A stretch of DNA of 64,000 nt from Ignavibacteriota bacterium (lineage in GTDB: Bacteria; Bacteroidota; Ignavibacteria; Palsa-1295). Under the pieces are notes generated by a model. That model had not been told where the DNA came from and made no database searches. It was given only the letters and a program-made list of their open reading frames with translations. The position numbers and the translations under genes were made by a program. Below, piece by piece: positions 30,073 through 39,472 of this stretch (its first letter is position 1; every line of letters starts with the position of its first letter). The stretch covers positions 352,001-416,000 of the forward strand of contig CAWBEI010000003.1 in the NCBI GenBank assembly GCA_963787835.1, in the 5' to 3' direction.

Positions 30073-30882
30073 TTGAGCACACGTCGTCGCGCCCGCTCGA
30101 TCATTCCGAGCCTGTTTACCGTGATGAACCTCTTCTCGGGGTTTGTTGCCATCGTTATTGCACTCGACGGTAAACATGGCGATAGCAAGGATTTCATCAT
30201 GGCAGGATGGTTTATTGTGATGGGGGGTGTCTTCGACCTTCTCGATGGCGTAATGGCGCGACTCACGCATACCTCCAGCGAGTTCGGAGTTGAACTCGAT
30301 TCTCTTGCGGACATCGTTACCTTTGGAGTAGCACCAAGCGCTATCCTTTACAAAGCCTTTTTCTTTCAATATCCCGGCACGGGACTGTTACTCGCGGCTC
30401 TGCCGGCCATATGCGGAGCTATTCGTCTTGCCCGCTTCAATGCCCAGCTGGTTGGCTTCGATAAGGACTATTTTAGGGGCTTGCCGATTCCCTCCTCCGC
30501 GATCCTTATTATTTCTTACATCATGTTCCATCACTTAGCGCTTCCTGATGAGCGGCAGCTTGGCGATCCGTGGATGTGGGTGGTTGCCATCGGAGCATCG
30601 TTATTGATGGTCAGCACAGTAAAATATGATGTGGTGCCCAAACCATCGAAGCGTCAGATCGTGGCTCACCCCTACAAATTTGGGATTTATTTTATTGGGC
30701 TGATCCTTGCGATCGCAACACGCGGGAGCGCGATCTTCCCGCTCTTTGTTCTCTTTGTCCTCTACGGGCTGTTCCGTTCGATGTACGAGCGGATTCGGCG
30801 CCTCATTCGGGAACGGCGAGCCACATCACTGCTCGATGAAGAGGCCCTCGATCACGAAGAACAATCGACATTCGGGATATGA
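30073..30882 (+). CDS. pssA: CDP-diacylglycerol--serine O-phosphatidyltransferase
   Basis: PSLFTVMNLFSG, FDLLDGVMAR...SEFGVELDSLADIVTFGVAP, RLARFN and FRGLPIP. Confidence 0.93.
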   Translation: MSTRRRARSIIPSLFTVMNLFSGFVAIVIALDGKHGDSKDFIMAGWFIVMGGVFDLLDGVMARLTHTSSEFGVELDSLADIVTFGVAPSAILYKAFFFQYPGTGLLLAALPAICGAIRLARFNAQLVGFDKDYFRGLPIPSSAILIISYIMFHHLALPDERQLGDPWMWVVAIGASLLMVSTVKYDVVPKPSKRQIVAHPYKFGIYFIGLILAIATRGSAIFPLFVLFVLYGLFRSMYERIRRLIRERRATSLLDEEALDHEEQSTFGI

Positions 30883-31095
30883 CCACGATTCACAAGATTA
30901 AAAAGATTAAGAAAGGATGGATTAGGCGGGATGAACGTATTCTTAAATTTTAATCTTGAAAATGCTAACTCCATTTCAATCGAGAATTCCAATAAATCGA
31001 TAGTAATCCATCCTTTCTTAATCCTTTTAATCCTGAAAATCGTGGTTAAATCCATCCTATCTTAATCCTTTTAATCCTGAAAATCGTGGTTAAAT
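30882..31095. repeat. 43-bp inverted repeat with a tandemly duplicated right arm (MITE-like empty element)
   Basis: Left arm 30882-30924 is the reverse complement (4 mismatches) of a 44-bp unit present twice (31005-31048 and 31049-31092; 1 mismatch between copies). Confidence 0.85.
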
Positions 31096-31346
31096 TTCTC
31101 GTCTATATTGCCATCGAACGTAAAGAAGCGATTCTCGATCCTCAGGGAAAAGCGATCGAGCATGCGCTTGGCTCGCTGGGTTTCCGCGAGATCGAGAATA
31201 CTCGGGTGGGAAAGCTAATCCGTTTAACGGTCGATGCGGCAACACCCGAGGCGGCACGCACGCTTGCGGAGCAAGCCAGCGAAAAACTCCTTGCTAATCC
31301 TATTATGGAGACATTTTCTGTTATTGAAGTTAAGCCCGTAGCATGA
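31086..31346 (+). CDS. purS: Phosphoribosylformylglycinamidine synthase subunit PurS
   Basis: [18 protein letters not shown]...RVGK...KLLANPIME. Confidence 0.93.
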   Translation: MVKFLVYIAIERKEAILDPQGKAIEHALGSLGFREIENTRVGKLIRLTVDAATPEAARTLAEQASEKLLANPIMETFSVIEVKPVA

Positions 31347-32101
31347 GAACTCGGATCATCGTTTTTCCCGGATCGAATTGCGACCACGACGCGATGCACG
31401 CTGTAAAAAATGTGCTCGGCGAGCAGGATACGCAATTCGTGTGGCATAAGGAGGATTCGATCGGTAAGGATGTCGATCTCGTGATCTTGCCGGGGGGGTT
31501 TTCCTATGGAGACTATCTCCGCACTGGCGCCATTGCCCGGTTCTCGCCGGTCATGAAAGATGTGATCCGCTATGCGAACGATGGCGGTATGGTGCTCGGC
31601 ATCTGTAATGGATTCCAGGTGCTCTGCGAGAGCGGCTTGCTGCCCGGTGTACTCATTCGCAATGCCGATCTTAAATTCGTGTGCAAGGAAGTTCAGCTCC
31701 GGGTCGAGCAGGGCACGCCGTTTACCGGAAGTATCGAAAAGGGATCGATCCTCCGCATCCCCATCGCTCATGGCGAAGGGAATTATATCGCCGACGATGA
31801 AGTGATAGCCGATCTTGAAGCAAATGGGCAGGTCGTATTCCGATACGTGGACGATGCCGGGAACGCGACCCCCGAAGCTAACCCGAATGGCTCCATCAAT
31901 AATATTGCCGGCATCATCAACAAAGAACAAAATGTGATGGGACTCATGCCGCATCCCGAGCGAGCTTGCGAGGCGATGCTTGGCAGTGCGGATGGACTAA
32001 AGATATTTGAATCGCTGCGTGGATGGTTTGCTTCCCAGTCTCTAAAAATCATAACCAACAATCAAAACAGCGTCTCAAGGAAAATGGCTGTTCCGGCTTA
32101 A
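31343..32101 (+). CDS. purQ: Phosphoribosylformylglycinamidine synthase subunit PurQ
   Basis: [36 protein letters not shown] and MPHPER. Confidence 0.97.
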   Translation: MRTRIIVFPGSNCDHDAMHAVKNVLGEQDTQFVWHKEDSIGKDVDLVILPGGFSYGDYLRTGAIARFSPVMKDVIRYANDGGMVLGICNGFQVLCESGLLPGVLIRNADLKFVCKEVQLRVEQGTPFTGSIEKGSILRIPIAHGEGNYIADDEVIADLEANGQVVFRYVDDAGNATPEANPNGSINNIAGIINKEQNVMGLMPHPERACEAMLGSADGLKIFESLRGWFASQSLKIITNNQNSVSRKMAVPA

Positions 32102-32111
32102 ATACATTACT

Positions 32112-32279
32112 ATGGATATCGGCTACATCATTCAACTCCTACTTTTCGTGCTGCTTGCATGTGCATTACTTGCGATCCTTGTTGGGGTTGCTGTGGCAAT
32201 TCCGCGTTCAAAAAAGATCAAATCCTATCGGTATAGCAAAAAGGGGGATAGCTGGATCACCGGGTACAAAAAGCCATGA
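32112..32279 (+). CDS. Small single-pass membrane protein (55 aa)
   Basis: Manual translation MDIGYIIQLLLFVLLACALLAILVGVAVAIPRSKKIKSYRYSKKGDSWITGYKKP*; starts 10 nt after the purQ stop and is followed by a small hairpin. Confidence 0.5.
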   Translation: MDIGYIIQLLLFVLLACALLAILVGVAVAIPRSKKIKSYRYSKKGDSWITGYKKP

Positions 32280-32407
32280 AGCCCCCACTGGAATGGGGAT
32301 TTATGACAGCATCCTCACGAACCTTCTTCGCCTAATCGAAGTTCGTAAATTTAGTTAAACCAAATACGGCGAAAGCCGTCAACATTAGACAAATCGGAGA
32401 TTAATCC

Positions 32408-32596
32408 ATGTTTAGAAATGTCGGCCCGTTCGAACTGCTCATCATCGTGTTCATCATCATGATACTGTTCGGCGGCAAAAAGATCCCAGAGCTGATGCAT
32501 GGCCTCGGCAAGGGTATCAATGAATTCAAGCGAGCTTCCCAGGGCGACCCCTCGGAAGCGGCAAAAACACCTACCCCCGAACCGCCAAAGGTATAA
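32408..32596 (+). CDS. tatA: Twin-arginine translocase subunit TatA
   Basis: GPFELLII...[22 protein letters not shown]. Confidence 0.92.
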   Translation: MFRNVGPFELLIIVFIIMILFGGKKIPELMHGLGKGINEFKRASQGDPSEAAKTPTPEPPKV

Positions 32597-32646
32597 GGGA
32601 ATTTTTAATACGTATGCACCATTGGTGCGCCATTTAATACTTACTC

Positions 32647-32835
32647 TTGTTAGAAGACCTTAGCCCACTGAAGCTGTTAATTATCGTTGCGGTACTCTTG
32701 CTCCTGTTTGGCGGCAAGAAGATTCCGGAACTTATGCACGGCCTCGGCAAAGGCCTGAATGAATTCAAACGCGCGACCCAGGGGGGTGGAGAAGACCCCA
32801 ATGCAATAAAAACTACCGAAACTCCGAAAGCGTGA
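32647..32835 (+). CDS. tatA: TatA/TatE-family subunit (second paralog)
   Basis: SPLKLLII...[22 protein letters not shown]; TTG start. Confidence 0.88.
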   Translation: MLEDLSPLKLLIIVAVLLLLFGGKKIPELMHGLGKGLNEFKRATQGGGEDPNAIKTTETPKA

Positions 32836-32843
32836 GGAGTTTT

Positions 32844-32917
32844 TAGTGCTAAGTGCTGAGTGCTTAGTGCTAAGAACAATTTTGGTTAACACTCAGCACT
32901 TTAGCACTTAGCACTTA
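32844..32917. repeat. Inverted arrays of 7-bp tandem repeats
   Basis: Four NAGTGCT units, a short spacer, then four AGCACTT-like units. Confidence 0.85.
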
Positions 32918-32919
32918 CA

Positions 32920-33273
32920 TTGTTTGAAAATGTCGGTGGAGGCGAGATCCTCCTTATTTTACTTGTAATCCTTATTTTCTTCGGTCCGAAGAAAATACCG
33001 GAGCTTGCCCAGAGTTTAGGTAAAGGCATAAGGAAGTTCAACGATGCCAAAGCCGGAATTGAGACGCAAGTCAAGACTGCCATCAAAGAACCACTCGAAG
33101 CCATCACCGGAGCAAAACAAGGATTCGAAACCCAGCTTCGCACGATCGCCGAGCCACTTCATGCCGAACTGAAAATTCCTCCTGCGCTTACCGCCCCGGC
33201 GGTCCAGCCCGCGCAGGCACAAGCGCCAGTCCCGGAAACCCAAGCGCGCGGCATTGAAGAAACAAAAGCGTAA
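32920..33273 (+). CDS. TatA/TatB-family subunit (third paralog, long C-terminal tail)
   Basis: GGGEILLILLVILIFFGPKKIPELAQSLGKGIRKF plus an extended tail; TTG start. Confidence 0.85.
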   Translation: MFENVGGGEILLILLVILIFFGPKKIPELAQSLGKGIRKFNDAKAGIETQVKTAIKEPLEAITGAKQGFETQLRTIAEPLHAELKIPPALTAPAVQPAQAQAPVPETQARGIEETKA

Positions 33274-33275
33274 GC

Positions 33276-34379
33276 TTATCGGGCAATATCAACTTTCGTT
33301 GATTGATTGACAATTCGGAGAAAGTAGGTTCCATTTTCCAGACTTGATACATCCATAGTAGTGGTCGTGCCATCGTCTGAGGCGTTCAGTCGCTCCCGGC
33401 CCATAATATCGAAAAGGTGAATCGTGCCGGGTTGACCGCCGAGAACTTGTAATTCATCCGTCGCTGGATTTGGGAAGGCTTTTATTTGATCATTCGAATT
33501 CACGGACGCGCTCACTGAGGCGGAGGGATATACTCTATATTCGAAGCTCCAAGAAAGGTATTTTCCTTCCTTTGTGTGAAAGATGAGGTAATGATGCCGA
33601 ACGCCAAGAGTATCAACCACTTGCGGCGTAAACTCGTAATTCAATATCATAGTATCTTCTTCTTTTAATGTATCCGGCAATTTCGGAAACGGATCGAACG
33701 CAAATTCGGAAAAATCGCCCGATTCGACGATTGAATCAATAATTCCGCCGCTGCAAGACCGGAGGATCACCGGGTTATCACCCTCCAGCTCCCCACCATT
33801 CTCAACAGGCAGCGAGGTTACATTATATGGCTCACCCGCATTCATCACATCATGCATCGTGTTCGTTTCTTCCTCTTGATTGAAACCTCCGATCTTATTA
33901 CCACCTCCGACGTCGATCAATGTGGATTGAACTCCATACATTGAAATATCAGGGCTGTTCCGAGCGTGAAAAATGAGATCAGCAGTCGCAGAAAAATGAC
34001 CGCCGTAATAACCGGTCAATATCAGCGTGTCATCACCCACGCGAGTCGCAGCCCAATTAGGACCCTCCGCAAAAAAACCACCATTGGATATTGTGAAAGG
34101 GTTTGACGTTCCAAGGTATTGGAAATTTACAGTATCGGAGACTGGCTTAACACTCATTGTAATGGAATCGACGGTGATGGGCACGCTTGGTATCAGGTTT
34201 ACGCCAGCAATACTGACGGATGCAGTGTCTTGATTGACACCATTGCAGATGTATCCGATATCGAGTGTGTCGTTATACGAGGCAATGAAGAGCTGTCCGG
34301 CTTGTTGCGCTTGACTTACTCCGCTCACAATCAACAGAACCACAGAAACGCTGAGTCTTTTCAAAGGTGTTTTATACAT
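33276..34379 (-). CDS. T9SS-secreted hypothetical protein
   Basis: Likely start ATG 34379 gives signal peptide ...SQA|Q; CTD AFPNPA...LFDIMG...LENGTYFLR. Confidence 0.8.
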   Translation of the reverse strand: MYKTPLKRLSVSVVLLIVSGVSQAQQAGQLFIASYNDTLDIGYICNGVNQDTASVSIAGVNLIPSVPITVDSITMSVKPVSDTVNFQYLGTSNPFTISNGGFFAEGPNWAATRVGDDTLILTGYYGGHFSATADLIFHARNSPDISMYGVQSTLIDVGGGNKIGGFNQEEETNTMHDVMNAGEPYNVTSLPVENGGELEGDNPVILRSCSGGIIDSIVESGDFSEFAFDPFPKLPDTLKEEDTMILNYEFTPQVVDTLGVRHHYLIFHTKEGKYLSWSFEYRVYPSASVSASVNSNDQIKAFPNPATDELQVLGGQPGTIHLFDIMGRERLNASDDGTTTTMDVSSLENGTYFLRIVNQSTKVDIAR

Positions 34380-34513
34380 CGCTAATCTTTGAACATTAAT
34401 AAGGGTTTTATAATATACCAAGAACACATCATTAGTCTTCACGTTGCGAGAAATTGGAAGTTGTCCCTGGTAATTCCGGAAATGCTTCATTCCCCCTTTT
34501 CGTTGGTCATATT

Positions 34514-34975
34514 ATGGAACATCCCGAACACGCGAACCAAGCTTTTACTAAGGACGTACTTGAACGTATCTCGCATGTCATTGCAGACGTCGAGGAAACA
34601 ACGGGCGCAGATATTCGCGTTTCGATTAGGGATCTTCGGGACGCCGGCGAAGCCGATCTCTCGCTGCGGGAATTAGCCCAAAAGGAATTTGCGACGTTGA
34701 ACCTGCACCATCACGGAAAGCGGTTCGGTATTCTCCTGCTCGTTCTCTATCACGAGCGGAAATATTATGTCTATGGTGATGAAGGCGTTCATAGCAAAGT
34801 GCATCCCGAAGCATGGAACGATGTTGCTGCGATACTCGGCAAACATTTTGCTGCCGGTGATTATGAAGGCGGCTTACGCGAAGCACTCATGAAAATAGAG
34901 CATCACCTCAAAGGCAAGCTATCGAAAAGTCCCGCTCCTGTTGACCACGCGCACGATGAAGTGGTAATGAGTTGA
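34514..34975 (+). CDS. TPM-domain (TLP18.3/Psb32/MOLO-1) protein
   Basis: IADVEETTGADIRV...GILLLV...YVYGDEGVH...F..GDYEGGL; ATG at 34514. Confidence 0.8.
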   Translation: MEHPEHANQAFTKDVLERISHVIADVEETTGADIRVSIRDLRDAGEADLSLRELAQKEFATLNLHHHGKRFGILLLVLYHERKYYVYGDEGVHSKVHPEAWNDVAAILGKHFAAGDYEGGLREALMKIEHHLKGKLSKSPAPVDHAHDEVVMS

Positions 34976-34981
34976 TCTAAC

Positions 34982-35566
34982 TTAGTCCAAATACAGCCGG
35001 TGTTCCATAATATACTTCCGCACCCCATCCGGCACTAAGTACCGAATCGACTTCCCTGCTCTAACGCGTTCCCGAATATCCGTCGAAGAAATATCGAGCA
35101 ACGGAATAGAGAGGATCTTCACTCGATTCATTAGAATAGGATCTATTTCGTCGAACGAATGCGATGGGCGCGCCATTACGACAACGTCAGCAATCTCAAA
35201 TATCTCTTCGCTCTTGTACCATGTGTCGAAAATGGCAAGTTGATCGAGACCGATAAAGAGAAATGTTTTCCCAGGTGAGAACTGCTGCTTTATCTCCCGT
35301 AATGTATCAATGGTGTAGGATGTCCCCGGGCGTTCTAACTCGATACGCGAGGACTCGAATCTGTCATTGCCCTGAATAGCAATTTGTGTCATCGTTAAAC
35401 GGTGGGCGGCAGAGCTTATCTTCTCTCCTGTTTTATGCGGCGGGATATTTGCCGGAACAAGAAGCAGACTATCGAGTTGGAATGCCTCCACCGCTCGCTC
35501 GCCAGCGATAAGATGGGCGAGATGAGGGGGATCGAACGTGCCGCCAAGAATTCCGAGCCGGTCCAT
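34982..35566 (-). CDS. nadD: Nicotinate-nucleotide adenylyltransferase
   Basis: GGTFDPPHLAHL, PPHK, SYTIDTL and ISSTDIRER. Confidence 0.96.
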   Translation of the reverse strand: MDRLGILGGTFDPPHLAHLIAGERAVEAFQLDSLLLVPANIPPHKTGEKISSAAHRLTMTQIAIQGNDRFESSRIELERPGTSYTIDTLREIKQQFSPGKTFLFIGLDQLAIFDTWYKSEEIFEIADVVVMARPSHSFDEIDPILMNRVKILSIPLLDISSTDIRERVRAGKSIRYLVPDGVRKYIMEHRLYLD

Positions 35567-35574
35567 ACTGTGCT

Positions 35575-38014
35575 CTATGTCTTTGGCTTTATAAACCTAA
35601 ACTCCGTTCGGCGATTACGCTGACGGCCTTCATCAGTGGCGTTCGAAGCTTTAGGCATGGTGGCTCCAAAGCCTTTCGACATCAATTGCTTCGATTTAAC
35701 CCCATGGGCAACCAAGTACGACTGTACTGCTTTTGCTCTTGCAAGCGAGAGCCTCAGATTATAGGATGCAGTTCCCACCGAATCCGTATGCCCATCGATC
35801 TCGATCTTAAGTGTTGGATATTTCTTCAGCAGATCAACCCAATAGTTCAGCTCGCTGAAGGATTCTGTCCGTAACGTCGCCTTATCGAAATCAAAGAATA
35901 CATTGTGCAGCTCGATGCCGGAAGTATCGAGTGCTAGCACATTCCCGTTTTGGTTACCATTTCCATTCTGATTGCCCTTCCCATTCTGATTTCCATTCCC
36001 CTTCTGGTTACCATTCCCATTCTGATTACCATTTCCGTTCTGGTTGCCCTTCCCATTATGGTTACCGTTTCCGTTCTGATTACCGTTTCCGTTCTGATTA
36101 CCATTCCCGCTCTGGTTACCATTCCCGTTCTGGTTACCATTCCCGTTCTGGTTACCATTCCCGTTCTGGTTACCATTCCCGCTCTGGTTACCATTCCCGT
36201 TCTGGTTACCATTCCCGCTCTGGTTACCATTCCCGCTCTGGTTACCATTCCCGTTCTGGTTACCATTCCCGTTCTGGTTACCATTCCCGTTCTGGTTACC
36301 ATTCCCGTTCTGATTACCTTTAGGATTATTGCTTGCAAAATTCCTTATACTATCCTGAGCTTCTTTGGCACTATCGAGCTTATGGATGTCTGCATAGTTC
36401 GGCAGCCGAGTGAGCGGAAGATCGTGCGTCACCTCCTTGTAGGAAATCGTATCGGGAACGGTATAATGGTCGGAGTATGGGGCATATCCAGGGGCGGTCG
36501 CTGTAACGCCATACTCTTTACCGGTTCCAAGAGTAATATAGAACTTTCCTGTAACCTTGTTCGAGTGATACACCGCAACTAGTTGATTGGTCTTGAGATC
36601 GTTCACATCGACTTCCGCAGGAATGGGCTGAAGCGTTTCGCGATCAAAGACCATCCCGGCGACCAGCGTGACCGGCCCCGGGCGAAACTCGAGCGGAAGC
36701 TTTGCTTCGTAAAGATTGAGCGGCCCGCGAGCATTATCGCGCTGGCTGGAATAGATGATCTTATCTCCGCTTGCCGGAATCGTCAGGAACTCATCGTCCC
36801 CATAAGAATTAATGGGCCTTCCGAGATTAACAGGCACGCTCCAGGTTCCATCATCGAGTTTGCGGGACATGAACAGATCATGATTACCAAACCCTGGATG
36901 ACCGTTGGAAGAAAAATATAGCGTCTTGCCGTCAGCGGCAATAAATGGGGAGCGTTCGTTAAAACGGGTGTTAACCGGCTCGCCTAAATTGATTGGCTTC
37001 GTCCATGAACCGTCTGTGTTCTTATACGAAACGTAAATATCTTCCGATCCCTCAATGGAACCAAATCGTCTGCTGGAAAAATACATGGTTTGGCCATCGG
37101 CTGTCACACTTGGCTGTGCATCCCACGCTGGGGAATTAAGAGGATGGCCCAGCGGCTGAGGTTTCGTCCATGCGTCGCCGATAAGATGGGAAATATAAAC
37201 ATCGCAGTCCCCCATCCCGTCGGGGCGGCGGCATAAACTTAGGTACATGGTCTGACCATCGGCAGCCACGAACGCGGAACCATCATCATCCACGGAATTA
37301 AGCGGCGGTGGAAGCGGCCAGGGTGGCATCCAATTCCCCGCCGTATCGCGGCGAGTCATGAAAAGATCTTCGCCATAATCCTGCGTTTCGATCACTTCCT
37401 TTACATTGGTTCCGGGCCGTGTCGAGGTAAAGTAAAGTGTATTGCCATCGGCGGTTTCGGTCGGTCCAAAATCATCGTACTTACTATTGAGCACCGTAAG
37501 TGCAATGGGATCCTCGGTATTCTTTGGCTTGGCGAATTCTACGATGCAGCCGAGGTTAAACTTGATCCACCAGTCTGCATCGAACATAGCGATGCTATCT
37601 GTCTTGTTCACGGGATCCATCCTTCCTATGAATTGCCGTAAGGCAAACACAGCACTGTCGAACTTTTGAACGACGTGGAACGAGAGACCAAGATTGTAAT
37701 ACGCATACACATCAAACGTAGAATCCAGATGGATCGCGCGCTCATAGGCTTCGATCGCTTTGGGGTAATTTTTCAGTAATTGATACATCCCTCCGATGCG
37801 CTCGACAGGATAGGGATACGTTGGGTCTAACTTTGCTGCGGTGTCATATTCGAAGAGTGCAAACTTATACTCTTTTTTTTTGCTCGAAATCGAACCCCGC
37901 GCGGGAGTACGCAAGCGAGGCATCATGATCCACTTTTCCATGCTGGGCGAGAAGTGGGGTCGTGGAAAGAAATAAAGCAAATGCGCCTAAATAGCGCACG
38001 TAAAATCGCATCAT
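35575..38014 (-). CDS. PorE-like OmpA-family protein (TPR + PD40/WD40 propeller + carboxypeptidase-regulatory-like + OmpA_C) with an N/G/Q repeat; 1-nt frameshift at the A9 tract
   Basis: TPR motifs, PD40 repeats (P..TADG.T.YF.S.R) and OmpA_C (FFDFDKATL...IDGHTD...LSLARA...NRRTEF). The true N-terminus MMRFYVRYLGAFALFLSTTPLLA|Q... is in another frame and joins if T9 (37873-37881) is T8. Confidence 0.87.
35941..36318 (-). repeat. 18-bp coding tandem repeat, 21 units (GNQNGN and variants)
   Basis: Consensus GGTAACCAGAACGGGAAT; 378 bp. Confidence 0.95.
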
Positions 38015-38141
38015 TGATTGGATAACCACCGGGTACAGCCTATCGCTCCTTCAAAACTTCGGCTGCGGATCGGCGAGAGTTTAGCCTACGTTGGTGATTT
38101 CCTTATGTTCCACAAGGTACTCAAAGAGGAAGATCGTGCAC

Positions 38142-39449
38142 TTACCACATTGGCATCCCGACAGCTTTGTTCAAATTGTACTGGCTGAGTTCCAAAGAGA
38201 ACATCAACTGTGCTTGCTCTAAACGGGCCTGTTCGAGCGCACTTTGAGCCGTGAGTACATCCAAACTGGTTGCAGCACCATTTTTGTAACGAACCTGTGC
38301 AACGTCGTACGCCTGCTGCGCCTGTTGGATCTGTATATCCGTAAGCTTCAATCGGGATCGGCTGGATTGCAGATCGGCAAGTGCCTGCTCTACGTCATTC
38401 TCAATACCGAGCTTTACATCCTCTGTATGAGCTTGTGCCTCGCGATATTGCGCCTCGGCCTCGTCAACTTGGGCATGATTGAGCCCACCGTCCAGGATCG
38501 GCACATGGAAATCCACGCCTCCGGTCCAATTGAACTTTCCCTGCGTGAGGTTCGGCAGATAACCATCCTTGAAACCTCCGGTGATATTTGCAGAGAGCAG
38601 CGGATCGTTGCCCTCCTTCGAAGCATTGATCTGCAATTTTGCGGAATTTTCTGCATCCATGGCTGCCATGATTTCCGGCCTCTGTTGCACGGCGATCGAA
38701 TCGAGAGTATTCACATCTTCCGGCAGTGTGGAAGACTGACTGGGGCGCGTTACATTCACCGGGGTTCCGGGAGCCATACCGATCAATCTGCGTAAACCTG
38801 CAACTTGCTTGCGCCGGCTCGCCTGAAGATCGGCGATCTGACTTTGGGTCTGGGAAATGCGCGCCTGAATGTTGAGGGTATCCAGAGATGTTGCCGTACC
38901 TTCTTTTTCACGTTGATCGGCATCGGTAAGATTCCCTTGAAGTACCTTCACTTGATCTTCTTCGACACGAATGCCTTCATCCGTCGTCAGTATTGCATAA
39001 TACACTTGAGTTGTGCTATAGGCAGCCATCGCCTTGTAGGACTCAAGATTATCCGTAGCAGTAGTGATCCCGCTCTTCGCGACGCGGTCCTCGGCATCTA
39101 ATCGGCCGAATGTCCATAGTGGCTGCTGCAATGTAAACTGTCCATTATAGGCGTTGTGCGGTTCGGTCACAAAGACTTGATTGCCAAATGGGATCGAGAT
39201 GACGGGATCAATGCGAGTATAGCTCGCATCGCCGAATAACTGGGGTTGGGCATAACTGGCAATCTCATTATATTGTGCTTTCGCCTGATCGATGGCAGCT
39301 TCGCCCGCTTGAAGCGAGGGTGAGTGCTTGAGGGCCATCTGCACCGCCTGAGAGAGCGTAAGAGTGTCGCCATTTTGAGCCCTTATTGCAGATGCGAATC
39401 CCAATGTGAGCGCGAGAATAATTCCGAAGTTTTTCATTTTATGCTTCAT
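38142..39449 (-). CDS. TolC-family outer-membrane efflux protein
   Basis: LTLSQAVQMAL, QQPLWTFG, RPEI and RYKNGAATSLDVLTAQ. Confidence 0.92.
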   Translation of the reverse strand: MKHKMKNFGIILALTLGFASAIRAQNGDTLTLSQAVQMALKHSPSLQAGEAAIDQAKAQYNEIASYAQPQLFGDASYTRIDPVISIPFGNQVFVTEPHNAYNGQFTLQQPLWTFGRLDAEDRVAKSGITTATDNLESYKAMAAYSTTQVYYAILTTDEGIRVEEDQVKVLQGNLTDADQREKEGTATSLDTLNIQARISQTQSQIADLQASRRKQVAGLRRLIGMAPGTPVNVTRPSQSSTLPEDVNTLDSIAVQQRPEIMAAMDAENSAKLQINASKEGNDPLLSANITGGFKDGYLPNLTQGKFNWTGGVDFHVPILDGGLNHAQVDEAEAQYREAQAHTEDVKLGIENDVEQALADLQSSRSRLKLTDIQIQQAQQAYDVAQVRYKNGAATSLDVLTAQSALEQARLEQAQLMFSLELSQYNLNKAVGMPMW

Positions 39450-39472
39450 AGTTCCTACTTCTTAATTGCCCG

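Noticed and set aside
35931-36582. Repeat read as a CRISPR array, or as alternative-frame ORFs (SGYHSR, VTIPVL, GMVTRT repeats)
   Set aside because: The 18-bp units are contiguous with no spacers and no cas genes. Other frames stay open only because the unit lacks stops; the GNQNGN frame is continuous with the OmpA protein.
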